A DNA stretch of 59,786 bases, filler included, from Dugesia japonica (GCA_001938525.1; 5 parts of 5 records of this genome joined end to end with filler, not necessarily neighbours in it), one strand, 5' to 3'; positions 36,841 through 50,817 are shown, numbered from the whole stretch's first letter. The notes: a model not told the origin generated them from the sequence alone. Program-made: numbers and translations.

Positions 36841-38312
36841 ATAACGTATTTATATTTGATAATATATCGCTTATATAATATCGTATTNNNNNNNNNNNNN
36901 NNNNNNNNNNNNNNNNNNNNNNNNNNNNNNNNNNNNNNNNNNNNNNNNNNNNNNNNNNNNNNNNNNNNNNNNNNNNNNNNGCGCTAAAATAAAATTGGAG
37001 TAAGACGATTTTTGTTAGTAACCTTCACCCACGAGGAAATAACAATAGTCAAAAATTGAAAGCTACCTCCGTAGAATCGAAATTCTTAAAATGTCATCTC
37101 AAAAACCAAGGATTCTATCTTAAATCAACGATATATAAAATATAGAGAATTTAATCCTCTACCTTTTTGAGTATAGGATTTTCAGTACTATCCCGTTTTA
37201 AAAACTTCAAAGGGGAATGTATTACACCGGCACACCAAATCGAAATTTGAAGNNNNNNNNNNNNNNNNNNNNNNNNNNNNNNNNNNNNNNNNNNNNNNNN
37301 NNGATACAACATATAACGTATTTATATTTGATAATATATCGCTTATATAATATCGTATTGACATACAAGAGAAACAATTAAAATCAAACACCAAATAAAC
37401 TCAGTTACGAATATTATTTAATACGAACCATTATAGAATTCCTTTTATCTANGCGCTAAAATAAAATTGGAGTAAGACGATTTTTGTTAGTAACCTTCAC
37501 CCACGAGGAAATAACAATAGTCAAAAATTGAAAGCTACCTCCGTAGAATCGAAATTCTTAAAATGTCATCTCAAAAACCAAGGATTCTATCTTAAATCAA
37601 CGATATATAAAATATAGAGAATTTAATCCTCTACCTTTTTGAGTATAGGATTTTCAGTACTATCCCGTTTTAAAAACTTCAAAGGGGAATGTATTACACC
37701 GGCACACCAAATCGAAATTTGAAGAAGACACAGGTTCTTAGAATTAAATTATATGTCCAAAGTTGAATTTCCTACCACCTTTCCATTGGCGGCCAAGGGA
37801 TAGGTGGGCTAATAGTAGTCCTTTAAGTCATGTAAAGGTACTTTTTGATTTTAGGAGTAATGGAATCGGTTTCGACTTGAAAAAATTAAAATTTGAAAGA
37901 ACACTTCACTGTGACGAAACACAAAATATTTAATTCAATAATTAGGTCTGTCATCACGTTACGAATCCAACGATACCAAATTTTATTTAATTAAAACAAA
38001 AATGATTACAAAAATCCGTTTTCAAAATTTTAAAAAAAAGTATAAGAAAGTTTTTAGCCCACTATCTAACGACTTATTCTAAACAGATTAAAAACCCAAC
38101 TCTGCAATCGCAAACATGAAAAAAATTACATCATAGATAATTTTCTAACATATTTCTATTTAATTTTTGTTGTACATTATTATCATTTTACCAACAGATT
38201 GAAAATACCAATCAAATATTATCATTATAAGTCATTATAATTATGACTACAAAATTTAATAAATCCAAATCAAAAACAAAAAACTGGGTTTTTTCTATAA
38301 TTCTAATTTAAA

Positions 38313-38448
38313 TCAGACAGAATATTTTATGGAATAAATTAGAATTTCTTGGTTAAATTGATCGGCATAATCTGAAAACGATTCAAGTGGAATTTCCGTT
38401 GCAATAAGACCATATTTATCAAGGTACATATCAAAATCAAAGGAAGAC
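38313..38448 (-). CDS. Probable last exon of a METTL23-like methyltransferase
   Basis: TTTTTCAG acceptor with TACTAAC branch point. SSFDFDMYLDKYGLIATEIPLESFSDYADQFNQEILIYSIKYSV* resembles the METTL23 C-terminus (SADWSLEALLYKW...IPLESF). Upstream exons were not found. Confidence 0.5.
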
Positions 38449-40439
38449 CTGAAAAAAGGAGTTATTTGTTATTTAAGTTAGTATTTATATAGACATACAT
38501 AAAAGTAAAAAGATTCAAATATCTACAAAATCACCAATTGAATAAAACGAGAAGAAAAATAAATTTCATTGAAGGTTATCATTTAATATAGAACATCATA
38601 TGGTTAAATTTAAAGCATCATCATAGAATATGTAAAAGCGTGAATAATTTTGGAAAATCCAAAGAAACGGTTAAAAATTGACCTCATTCTCAACCAAAAA
38701 GCTTGAAAATTTTTTTAACAACTAAAAACAGGAAAAATTTAACACAACTTTTTAAATTTATTTTTAAAAATTAAATACCACTTTAAAAATAAATTAAGAA
38801 ATGGTGTTAATTTGGAGTGAAATTTTTAAAATTTCTTAGGAGCCTCCAATCAGCAGATTAAAGGCTCTAACTATTAATTAAGTGGATCGTCGCAATGACA
38901 ATATACTGTATATGAAGCTAAGTTAATTATTATAGTTGTTGGGGAAAACGAACACCAACCCTAAATAAGCACACACAACAAACAACCCGCATACATAATA
39001 CATAATTGAAACATCCAGTACCTCAGCCAGCCAACTCAGGATAACAATTCAAGATNNNNNNNNNNNNNNNNNNNNNNNNNNNNNNNNNNNNNNNNNNNNN
39101 NNNNNNNNNNNNNNNNNNNNNNNNNNNNNNNNNNNNNNNNNNNNNNNNNNNNNNNNNNNNNNNNNNNNNNNNNNNNNNNNNNNNNNNNNNNNNNNNNNNA
39201 TTTTATTTTTATGTATTTCATTTTATTATTGATTACTATTATTTAATTTTTATTTCCGAAAATGAAATTTATAAATCAGTTATTATTGATTATATAAATC
39301 AGTGAAGAGCAAACATATGGTATATTTTATTTCTATTATGTAAATATGAAATTATTGATTTCACAAATCAACGAAAAAAACACTTAAATAAACATATTTT
39401 TATAAGCACACTAGGAAAAAATATACATGATTTCTGAAATTATGGTGAAATTTTTATTTATTTAATAGTTAAAATTTTTTCTTTTATTGATTTTGTGTTC
39501 TGTTGTGTTCTGGCAATTTTTGTATAAATNNNNNNNNNNNNNNNNNNNNNNNNNNNNNNNNNNNNNNNNNNNNNNNNNNNNNNNNNNNNNNNNNNNNNNN
39601 NNNNNNNNNNNNNNNNNNNNNNNNNNNNNNNNNNNNNNNNNNNNNNNNNNNNNNNNNNNNNNNNNNNNNNNNNNNNNNNNNNNNNNNNNNNNNNNNNNNN
39701 NNNNNNNNNNNNNNNNNNNNNNNNNNNNNNNNNNNNNNNNNTATAGTAACTATATTAAGGTCTACAATTTGAATTCTATAACATTAATATATTGGGATTA
39801 GTTAAACAAAAATTTATAAACTCACGCATTGTTGACTTATCTTGGCCAAATCCCCCAAGGTATCTCAACATAGTAATAATTTACTTTGCTGTAAATATAA
39901 CTTTTCTTAAACTGTCAGCAAACTACAAAAAAGCTGATAATCATTAAAAGGCAATAGTAAAGGCAATAGTAATCATCAATAGTAAAGATAGAATTGTTTT
40001 AACTGAAATTGTTTATTTTAAAAAATCTTACAAAAATTTGTGTGGTAACTTATTATTGAAGCTTTGAATTTCTTGAAAACCAAAAATCATATTTAAGTAA
40101 TTTTTGTTGATTAAATACTATGTTTCGATTAATGATTATGATGAAATATGACCCAAGAAAGATATTCCACCGTACCGGAAGATTGAAATAAATGTTATAG
40201 TTTATTTACGAGATGAGTGATTCAAAATTTTCTTTTAACAAGTGAAAATGGTTAAAATTGAAAGAGTAATTATGTGATTAATGGGGAAAAACTATTTGGA
40301 TTCTGAAATGCATATTTTTATTATGAATTAATTTCTTTGGTTATGTTATATGCCTAATATATATGATATATTTATATGATATATCTTATTTTATATAATA
40401 TATTTTATGTTGAATGCAACAATTTAATGTTATCTCTAG

Positions 40440-40601
40440 GCAGTGGCTCTTGATCCGACTATTTTTGGCGTGCACGTCAATCTAGGAAACGTGTTGATGC
40501 AAGCAGAGATATTTGATCGAGCTGCAACAGCATATTTAAATGCTATAAATATTGATTTAAAAAATCCTTTGCCATACGCCGGTCCAGTGATTCTATTCTG
40601 A
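40440..40601 (+). pseudogene. OGT-like TPR exon fragment
   Basis: After CTCTAG: AVALDPTIFGVHVNLGNVLMQAEIFDRAATAYLNAI versus OGT [36 protein letters not shown]; it runs into a stop. Confidence 0.7.
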
Positions 40602-41294
40602 ATGGCACCAAAACAAGATGGACCAGAAAATGTTGAAGACAAAAGTTCTACAGTGCATCGAGTATGAACTGGGTAACATAATTGTAATAAAAAATTATAT
40701 AAAGTTACTAGTGATTGAGTACCGCTAGGTAAAAATACAAAATAAACATGCATATGATCAACGGGTAAGCACCCAAGGTCAGAACCTAATAATACAATTC
40801 TAAAAAATTGAAGTGGCAACTCACGACAAAACTTTCAAAAACTTACGATATAAATATTGATTTAAAAGTAATCGAAGTTTTCGGACAAAATAATTACAAA
40901 AAATTTGATCACAAAGCTCTTAGTAGATTGAATAAACAAATCTCTTAAAGAGCAGTAAATTTTGTTAATACATTTTACCAATTTTCGAAGAGAAAAGTAA
41001 ATTTTAATAATTATATTTAAACTTTAATTCACATAATTTGTACGATATTTGTACTATATTCGCGAGATCATCTATTTTAGTGAATTGAATGTAAAATATT
41101 AAACCATATTAATATCAAACTATCGAAGAATCAAGCCATGGTTATTTAATAAAAGGCTTTATGAAAAAAAACCTGTAAGTATGATATTAATATCTGTACT
41201 ATCGTTGAAATAAATGTTTGTATAGATGATATGACCACTTGAGATAATATATAATATAAGATATTATATAAGCCAGTATTATATAGATTTATTT

Positions 41295-41512
41295 ATCAAT
41301 GATGATAAGTATTTAAAGTCCATTCCAAGAGAAATGTATTTTATCCATTTCATCGATAATCATAAAATCGTTCCAAAAATTATTGATTATTATCAAACCA
41401 ATGATGAATTTGCAAATGTAATAGAACATCTATCAGGATCATGGGTAGAATTGAAACAATATACGAAAGCATAAATGCGATTTCAAAAATGTAAAGAAAA
41501 TATTAAAAAATG
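41295..41512 (+). pseudogene. PIM/CAMK-group kinase N-lobe fragment
   Basis: IPREMYFI...HKIVPKIIDYYQTNDEFANVIEHLSGSWVEL...VKKILKNV (subdomains III-V) with a stop/frameshift, interrupted at about 41513. Confidence 0.55.
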
Positions 41513-43730
41513 TGTTGGTTAGAACGCCAGAATAACGGAGTAGTACAGGGTTAAAAAGATGTCCGAATAAGTGAATAAAACGAGCAGAAATTAAGAAATT
41601 TACTAGACTGGACCAGGAAAATAGACTATTATAATTATTGTTATCATTCTTATTATATAGTTATTGGGAATATAATTATTATGAATTTATTATAAAAAGA
41701 TCGGGAAAATGACAATTGGGCAAGTTGGATTATAAAAATAAATTTTTCGAGAATTAAGACAGGAAGGTTTAGATAAATAATAAAAAGTCTACATTACTAC
41801 AATATTATATTATTATGACCCTAGTTATTTATTATATTAACGGCAATTACCGCTTAATATTATTACAATCTCTTAATTAATGAAATCATCTGGTCCAGTC
41901 AGTGTCTGATTAGGGTGGAATGTAGTCTGAATATAGTAACAAACAAGTTACTCACCCTAATCCAGACAAAGACACTACCTAGTGATATTCAAATGAATCA
42001 GAGATCGTGCGAGGTAACCGATTAAAAATCTGACGCAGACGAGTCGGTGCTGAAACCAATTACACACGCTCGCGAGATGATGTGCACACTGATGGAAGAA
42101 CAAGCGGCTTCCAATCAAACGACCTGATTAGAGACAGATTATGATTGATAGGCGAATGAGCAGCCTCAACCTCTCTGTAGAGCAAACAAATAAAAAGCGC
42201 ATGCAACAGAAAAATCTATCCCTTTAAAAACCTAAAAAAATTTTTTAACTTAAAAAAATAATTTTTATAAATTTGTACGAGATTGGAATTGCATAGAAAG
42301 ATGTTTATCGAGATTTTGCAAATAAGTACTAACCAGTAAATTGATCTAGAGTAATTTTATTATAAATTAATATGGTTATAAATATTCCTTACATGATCTG
42401 ATTGTATTCCTAAAATCGAGCGGATGGTCGAGCTCTCAGAGAATAAAATGTTGTGTTTATAATACTGTCGAAAGCAAAATACTCAGAGGAATTAATATGA
42501 TGTTCAAAGAATAAAATGTTGCGAAGTATATGTGGTAACTGCCAAAAATGGAGAGACACGAAATATTCTCGAGAATGTAGATTATTGTAGAAAATGTGAA
42601 TGTTGATGGAATCAAATACGATACGAAGTTTAAAAGGCTTTCAAAAGTTTCCAATTCTGACATGATGCATATACCGTTACGAACACGGTCGGAGAGGAAT
42701 CAATATACGGTAAAAATATAAAATGCCTTCGGAACGTAAAAAAATTCTGAAAAACCAACTGGTTGAACGAAATGAAATGCTGACGAGATTCAAATATTGA
42801 GAGACCCATATGTCAAATAAAAACAACGATTGTCAAAACATAGCAATGAAAGAAAATATGCATCTCGAGTTGAATTGGTGTGAAAGTTGAAGGGCGTAGC
42901 AAGTAAATACAGACTAAAATAAATTTGCCAAAATAGTTTCCAACAAATGTGACAGTGTAATTGGAAATGATCATCAGAACGAGTACGATGATTGAATGAG
43001 CAGTTTTTGTGGGAGTTCAGTTATTATGTGAATAGGCTTTTGTATTTCTTTTGTGTTTGCAAGAATATGTTGATGATTTTGATTTTGAGATAAATCCGAA
43101 TAAAACGTTATGAACATTTATTTTAATGGTGTTATTTAAATAAATTTTAATGAAATTTCTATAAGTTTTATTTTTAAATCATAATAACCTACCAATCAAT
43201 GTTATCTACACACTAAAATTCTCCTTTTGTAGAAAATCCTATTGAGAGCTCTGCATAAATGAGAACGAGAAAAGATGGTGATTCGGAATCGCCATCTTCT
43301 CTGGTTCGCATTTTAGGAACGGGGACGAAGCCATACCAGGTCACAGATACGAAAACCGTCACACTCATACTCTTAATTTGATAATTCTTCTAATTATTTA
43401 AAGTGTTTTATTGATGAATCTAAAATTTTATTATTTTATTATTTTAGATGAATTCGTTATATCGTCCATACGAGAAGTTAAAGTTGGATAGCTACGATTG
43501 GACGCATATCGATGAGTATTGTAAATATTTTATCGAATGGTCAGAAGTACAAGCCATGGTCCATACGGAGTAGGAACGGCGTGAGTTATAGACCTAGCTA
43601 GAGATTACCCAACTACAATTAGCAATCAAGGAGGGCATCCTGCAAGCAATGTCCAGTCAGCATAATCGTCCACACCAGGCCCTCGAACTATGGTCGAAAA
43701 TACAAGGTGGAGAGAGATCGGAGACTTCTT
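41513..43730 (+). mobile_element. Composite LTR-like remnant with structured segments and acceptor-led short ORFs
   Basis: Begins TGTTGG, has long hairpins at 41903-41968 and 43257-43313, and GC-richer cassettes after acceptors at 43232 and 43447. The right boundary is not established. Confidence 0.4.
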
Positions 43731-45196
43731 TTCTTTTCTTTTTTATAATTAGACACTCTTATCCTGATAATTAGATAAACTACTATTTTTTCCAGATTGG
43801 AAATAAAAAAAAATTTTCCAAAGGCTATTGATAATTTTGCTAAAGTTATTTTTAATTTTGAATCTCTAAAAATTTTTTAATACTTAGGTTGTTATCACAA
43901 TGAATTATCATTTTAATTACAACTTGGTTTAGTAATTCATTTTTAACNNNNNNNNNNNNNNNNNNNNNNNNNNNNNNNNNNNNNNNNNNNNTTAATTAAT
44001 TAANNNNNNNNNNNNNNNNNNNNNNNNNNNNNNNNNNNNNNNNNNNNAATTATTTACTCATAAATTAAATTGAATACTTTTTATAGATTCTGAAAATTAT
44101 TGAAATGATTAACTATTTATTAAATAAATTATGAAAAAACAATTTTAAATAATAAATAAAAATTTGAAAGTATTGTAGAAATGTTCATTTAAAATTCCAT
44201 GTTAAAATTAAATTTTAAATTATTCAGTTATTTATTAATAGAAAATAGTACACTCAATTCTCTTTGTATGCGGTAGATGCGTTCCATGGAAATTTGCATT
44301 TACAAAATTCGCGTAAAAATACATACATTTAAATACAAAATAATAGATACGTTCTATTTACTCAAAACTTCGCATAATAGCCAAATAATTACTTAAAATG
44401 CAACAAAATTTGCATAAAACGAAAGAAACATTCTGAAAAATGATGAAAAATTACTCGAAATATTGGAGAACCTTTAAAGTAATATAAATGGATCTAAATA
44501 TTATTGAATTCATTCGATCATAATGAATCATATAATGAGACCTCGGTTTCATTTTCAGCAAGAAAAAATATTTTCATAAAAATAAAACGTAACTCAAAAT
44601 TTATCAAAATTGGTATCAATTAATAGAGAGATTTGCGCTGATTCCGAATATCATCATTTAATATCATCAAACTTTATATGACTTCGGAAAAATCTAAAAA
44701 ACCAAAGGGAAAAAGAAGTCATCCATCGCAGTATTCGAACCGACTACTGAATTTTCGGAAGAATTTAGATAATATGCGTTTTTTCAATTCTCTGTCGTTT
44801 GGTATAGGTTTAAAGTCAATAAGTTAAAAAGTCGATAATTTGAAATATTAACCACTAAAAAATTTTTAAAAATATATTAAAAAACAACATTTTAATCAAA
44901 GCTTTTTATTTAATGAAATCCCAAATACAATTAGTGATTAAGTCCAATAATTCTTGTAATTGTTCAATTATTCAGATTGAATTTTTAACTCGATAAGTAA
45001 TGTCCACCCTTTTATTACGCATCTAACGATACCAAATTCGATTAGAAAGTTCAATATTTACTTTCTATTTATCCTCCAAAAGTTTTTTTTATTTTGATGA
45101 AATTGATCTTCTTTATTTTTCTTTATCAAGAGTGAAAAAATATATTTTTCTAGTCAAATTTTTTCAAATAATTATTCGTAATCATTTTAAAATATT

Positions 45197-45425
45197 TTTA
45201 CAATTGCAATTATTGCGAGAATAAATTTTGGACATAACCATTGATCGTTTTATAGAATTCATTTAAAATAAAAGCTTCAATCTAAAATTTTTTTTTGTTT
45301 TTTGAGATTGTTTCGATATTTCGACTTTGTCTTCGTCAGGAATTCGAAAGCCGAAATATTGAATCACTCTCAAAAAACAAAATATAATAATTTTTGGTCG
45401 AAGCTTTTATTTTAAATGAATTCTA
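45197..45425. repeat. Second palindromic Penelope pLTR pair
   Basis: An inverted arrangement around 45345, with a hammerhead on the minus strand and a truncated hammerhead tail (CGAAATATTGAAT) on the plus strand. Confidence 0.75.
45311..45345 (-). ncRNA. Minimal hammerhead ribozyme
   Basis: Minus strand reads GAATTC-CTGACGA-a-GAC-aaa-GTC-GAAA-TATC-GAA; the core is intact and the cleavage triplet is AUC. Confidence 0.75.
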
Positions 45426-45872
45426 AATTTTTGTTTTATTTAATTATTTAAAATTTTATTTCAATTTTAATTTTCGCAAAATTATTTACACACACTTTAA
45501 ATAAATTTAAGAAACTAATTTTAATAAAACCTTGCGAGATTTTATTCAGTTTTTGATTAAGTAATATAATAAATAGAAAATTAATAAACTCATCTAAAAT
45601 TTAAACAACTTCTGTTTGCATAATTTTAGAAATTAGAAAAAATTTGAAACATCAAAAATTTGTTTAAATATTTAATTAATATTAAATAGCTTTTTAAAAA
45701 TAGTAAAAAGAATTTATTTTAAAAAATTTGGAGAAATAAGGTTTTTTGATTTTTGTTAAGAAATAAGGNNNNNNNNNNNNNNNNNNNNNNNNNNNNNNNN
45801 NNNNNNNNNNNNNNNNNNNNNNNNNNNNNNNNNNNNNNNNNNNNNNNNNNNNNNNNNNNNNNNNNNNNNNNN

Positions 45873-47985
45873 AGCTCTTATCTTGGGATGCAGTACTGCC
45901 TCTTACTTTTTGTTAGTGTATTCGATGCATAGTATAATACTCGTTCCTCGCCATCCTATATTTGAGAAAGTACAGCACCAATTGCGTTGTGAGAAGCATC
46001 TGTATCTAAGATATATTTACCATCTTTTGTTGACAAAGCTAGTACTGGTGGTTCTGTCAACTTTTACGTAGCTCGTAAAAATATTTTTATTTTTTCATAT
46101 GTCTACTCAAATTTGTTTGCTTTCTTTAGTTTTGAACTGAGAAGTTCTTTTAAATTTGCATATTTTAATGAATTTCCTATAATAATTACAAAACCCTAAA
46201 AATGTTTGAAGTTGTTTTCAAAATTGAGGAATCTCCCATTTGTGGATTGCCATTATCTCATCAGGATCTGTTACGATTCCATTTTTAGTTATTATTTGTT
46301 CGGGATATTGTATTTTTTCCTATAAAAATCTACATTTATTTGGTGCTAATTTAAGTTCAGCTTTTCTTATTCTTCTTAATATTTGATCTAGTCTTTCATC
46401 GTGCCCTTCTACACTTTTACCGACAATTAAAACATCGTCAAAACATATTACACACTTTTTCCAATTTTCATTTCGCAATACAATATTCATTAACCGCTGA
46501 AATGTCGCTGGTGCTGAGCATAATCCAAACGGTATTTTGGTAACTTCTTATTGTTCAAACTTGTAGCTGAATGCTGTTTTTTCTTGATCTTATTTAGATA
46601 TCGGCACTTGGTGATATCTACTTGAAAGATCTAGAGTTGAAAAATAGTTATCTCTGGCAATACTGTCAAATATTTGTTTTGATGATGGCATTTTTAATAT
46701 TGGTCGGTTTGTTTTAGCATTCAGTGCCCTGTAGTCAACACAGATACCGTTATCACCGTTTTTCTTTTTCAGCACTACAATTAGAAAGTTCCATGGAAAA
46801 GAACTCGGCTTTAAAACTCCAGCATCTACCAAATCTTTTACCATATGTTTTACTTCTTTTTTGAGTTCTTTTGGTATTCTTCGTGGCTTGAAACAAATTG
46901 TTCTGCTATCAGTTATTTCTATTTTATGTTCAATCACATCAGTTTTGTCCACATTCATCTTATATCGACTAAATACATCTTTATTCCATTCAAGAATGGC
47001 TTATGTTTTGACCACATCGTAGTATTTGTTTGCAACTTTCATATCATTCTTAATTTTCTGGATTATATTGTCTGGAATTTCTTCTTCTGTTCTTTGTTTT
47101 TCAGTCGACAATTATCTGAGTGATACTTTTTCAAATACTTCTTTAATTTGATTTACCTCTTCTACATATCCGAGTGTTGTTCCGATGTGTAGAGTTTTAC
47201 ATCTTCCTTCTAACATATATACTCTTGTCCAAATGTATCCATTATTATCGATTGCAATTCCATCTGTTACTAAACTTTTCTCCATGGCTATTTTTTCTTT
47301 ATCTCCAGTGGCAATTTATTCTTTATTCGTGTCATTCTTTTACTCGTGTTATTCTTTACTCTGAGTAGTCCATTATCATCCCTCTGATAAAATATTGGCC
47401 AATTCCACTTACATTTTCAGATACCGCAATTCTATAATATTGGTTATCATTATAAATCTCATGAGTCTCTGATTTTCCGAATCCCGTATTACAACTCATT
47501 AATACGGTCGGTGTTAGCTTTTATTGACTCAGATAGAACTATTTTTGATATAAATGGAATCGTAACATTCTGCTTTATTATTCTATCATTAGCTGCATCA
47601 CACCATAATTTCCTATTTCTTTATGCTTCTTAATCCAATATATAGATGTGGAAATATATTTGGCATAGTATCAAACACATATCCAATTGACATATTTAAT
47701 TGTATCTTCCTCAAACATTCTTCTGTAGTACTATTTAAGCGTGTTAATTTTGTCATAGATTTAAAGATTTTTTGTGACAGGGTTCTTTTTATAGATACGC
47801 TTGGCTAATTCCTGGCTTATAACATTCAAATCAGCGCACGTGTCAAACATAGTTTTTACTGGTATATCTGTCACCTGACATTCAATAATTGGTTTATTTC
47901 TTGCTTTGTCTGGCCTTGACATTTATATTAGTGTTGGTACATATTTTTTAAGTGTTTGTCTTGGCCGTGCTCGATTTCCTTCGAT
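45873..47985 (-). mobile_element. Degenerate Ty3/Gypsy pol (protease and RT)
   Basis: MFDTCADLNV protease; RT motifs ICVDYRALN, FSTLDLSSRYHQV, PFGLCSAPATFQRLM and CFDDVLIV. Confidence 0.9.
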
Positions 47986-48621
47986 AAAATAAACATACTA
48001 ATTAACATGAAATCTCAAATTTTATCAGTTGGTTGAGTTCAACAATTATTCTCGCAATAATTGTAATCGTAATAAAAAATTATTATTAATTTATTGACAA
48101 ACGAACTATTGGGTCAATTTCTTTATTTATTTTAATTTAATCCAACATCGAAATACAAAATCTACCTGATTTTAAAATTTAAAAAACAATTCGAAAAGAA
48201 GATATTTACTAAAATATCTGAAAACCATGTGACAATAGCAATGAAAGCCAATCATAAAATAATGAGTCGAATCTTGGATCAAATTATAACAATGATTAAT
48301 TGGGTAGTAAAAATTCAAAAATATGATCTGATACCATGAAACCGAAAGAGTAGGAAGAACTAATTAATTGTTTTCACTAATTTAACTGTTAATTAATAAA
48401 AATTTCTATATCTACCTTACTCAGAAAATTACTGAAATTTTATTCATTGATAATTTGAGGCAGGAATATTGACTGATTGTCAGATTGATTATTTATTTAT
48501 TTATTGATAAATCAGTATATTTATAAATAAATCAATAATCTGCAAAAGTGTATTTAATGTAGAAATTAAAATTAAATTTATTTTAACTGAGAATATTTTT
48601 ATTATAAAATTGTTGGTTTAG

Positions 48622-50620
48622 TCCGGAAATCAGTTTAGATGTGAGAGATCTGTTATTAAGAATGCTCAACAAAGTTCCACAAGAACGGATTACTTTGAAA
48701 GAAATAAAGGTAAATTTGATATTGTATATTTATTTTTTTTTATAATTTTAATTATTTTTATTGTTAATTTATTTTAACCAGTTTTGTATGCATTTATTAC
48801 ATTCTCGCTGATCCGAACTCTAAATGTTCATTATATCACATAGTGAGTGAATAGATCTCTAATATGCCATTATGCGATAAAATATTGAATTGAGTAATAA
48901 ATCTTTTTGTACTTTTATGAAAAATACAAAATCAATTTTTTATAATTATAAAATATTTTATTCAACAATATCTTCACCATTCAGCTGAATGACATTTCAC
49001 CATCTCTCAGGTCATTTAAAAATCTCGTTCTTCTAGAATTTCTCATGTTTTTGAACAACAACCTTCTTCAGATGCTTTTTTTCGTAACATGGCGATGATA
49101 ATTAACAATATTTCCTTTGTTTTAATCATTGATAAACACTCTAAGGTTTTCATAATTTCTGCAGCGAGTAAGTGCAACGTGGCCATTAGCGAAAACTGAT
49201 TTAAGCAAATACATGCCAACTTTATCAAATGATTGGCCTTAGGCCTTATTAATGGTCACAGNGAATGCTAAGGTTACTGGAAATTTTTAAGCATATAAAA
49301 CCAAAAAATTTATAAGCTTAGGATTTATTAGCTTAATGAAATTTATAAGCATTAGATTTAAATGCTTAAGATTTAAAAGCTTAATAAAATTTATTAGATT
49401 AAAATATTTTGTTTAACTGAAGCGTTAAAGAGTGAGTTAGTCAGTGAGTGAATGAATTAAGTAATTATATTAAAGATAATAATATCTTGAAACAAGACCA
49501 TGATGATTTATTTGAGTCACATTTGGTCACAATAAAAGTTGTTTATCCCTGGATTCTAAATTATAATTGTGTGTATTATGTGTATATGACAAATAATTAA
49601 TATTAATTTTATAATATAACGATTAAATTATATTTTAAAAAATTTTCCGAATAATAGGAAAGGTCTGTTTTTTAGTAGTATTATAAATATAAAAATATTT
49701 TTTCAATACATTCGTAATTAAAAAATTCGAAATATGTATGCATTCGCATATTTTTGCGAATTGATTTCTANNNNNNNNNNNNNNNNNNNNNNNNNNNNNN
49801 NNNNNNNNNNNNNNNNNNNNNNNNNNNNNNNNNNNNNNNNNNNNNNNNNNNNNNNNNNNNNNNNNNNNNNNNNNNNNNNNNNNNNNNNNNNNNNNNNNNN
49901 NNNGTCAATATATTAAAAAATTATTTTTCTATTTACAATATTGTTAATTATATACAGTATTCAGATTTATTTCTTTAAATATTATTACATAGACATTGAG
50001 ATATTCTTTGCAGAGTGTTACTGAATTGAACAACTAACATATTTCTTTTATAATTAATTTCGAAAGCAAAGTGAAAGAGTAATTATTAATTAATTCATGA
50101 CGGAAGACAATTTTTTTAGCTTTCTTAAAAATTTAGAATTTCTATTTTTAAGGAGCATTCGTGGGTAACAGAAAATGGAATATGGTCATTCCCACACTCC
50201 AATCAACACAATAATCAGCAAATTGTAGTTTCAGATAATGAGATAGATCAATGTACAGTTAAACCGGTTCGTATTCAAACAATAGTGTCTGCTTTAATGA
50301 TGGCCAGGCGTCGATCGTTTAGAAACCCTAAAAAATGCTTTGATAAATTTATCAACTTTCAAGTTCCTCGAACGCAGACCAGTGAATCTATAAATGCATC
50401 ATTAAATAGTAATCAGTTGGGGGATCAAACCATTCAAACTAGATCTACAGATTTTGCTCAGTCTACTCAATTCAAACTAACCAGTAGAAAATCGGGGGCA
50501 GCTTCCCCAGCTGGAGAATTAAATCTCAAGCCATCAACCTCGCAAGAAAATATTTATCATTTTCAAAATATTTTCACTCGATTAAATTTCAGCAGTTCTG
50601 AATCTACGAGTGATAACTAG
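48622..50620 (+). CDS. CAMKK: Calcium/calmodulin-dependent protein kinase kinase, last two exons (48622-48709, 50153-50620)
   Basis: PEISLDVRDLLLRMLNKVPQERITLKEIK splices in frame to EHSWVTENG...VSDNEIDQC...ALMMARRRSFRNP. This matches CaMKK subdomain XI plus the autoinhibitory/CaM-binding RKRSFGNP region. Confidence 0.88.
49030..49476 (-). mobile_element. Non-autonomous Helitron remnant in the CaMKK intron
   Basis: Minus strand: FPVTLAFxVTINKA*GQSFDKVGMYL..VF..GH.VALTRCR (Pif1 motifs V-VI). The 5' end reads A|TCTTTAATATAAT...CACTGACT at 49476; the 3' end is uncertain. Confidence 0.75.
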
Positions 50621-50817
50621 AAATATTTTATAAATTATTTACTGCAATATCACATGAGTTTTTTNNNNNNNNNNNNNNNNNNNNNNNNNNNNNAATTCTA
50701 TACCTGAAATTTCTTATTTATCTGCAATCTCTTCTTTTATTATGTGAATTTCATTTAAAATACTTTTCTCTTAAAAAAATATAGTTGTTATTTTCTTTTT
50801 CTTTTCATCGATTTTTA

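Noticed and set aside
37640-37830. Kinase-like IWCAGVI segment on the minus strand
   Set aside because: There are no flanking kinase motifs or convincing splice sites.
39825-39888. Upstream METTL23 exon (YVEIPWG)
   Set aside because: Splice-like sites are present but every frame between them contains a stop.
40544-40867. 19-bp direct repeat as a retroposon TSD
   Set aside because: The sequence is very AT-rich, OGT similarity appears to continue past the first copy, and there is no polyA tail.
11298-44003. Recurrent TTAATTAATTAA as a biological motif
   Set aside because: It is always centred in N44 flanks, so it is an assembly linker. Synteny across it is unreliable.
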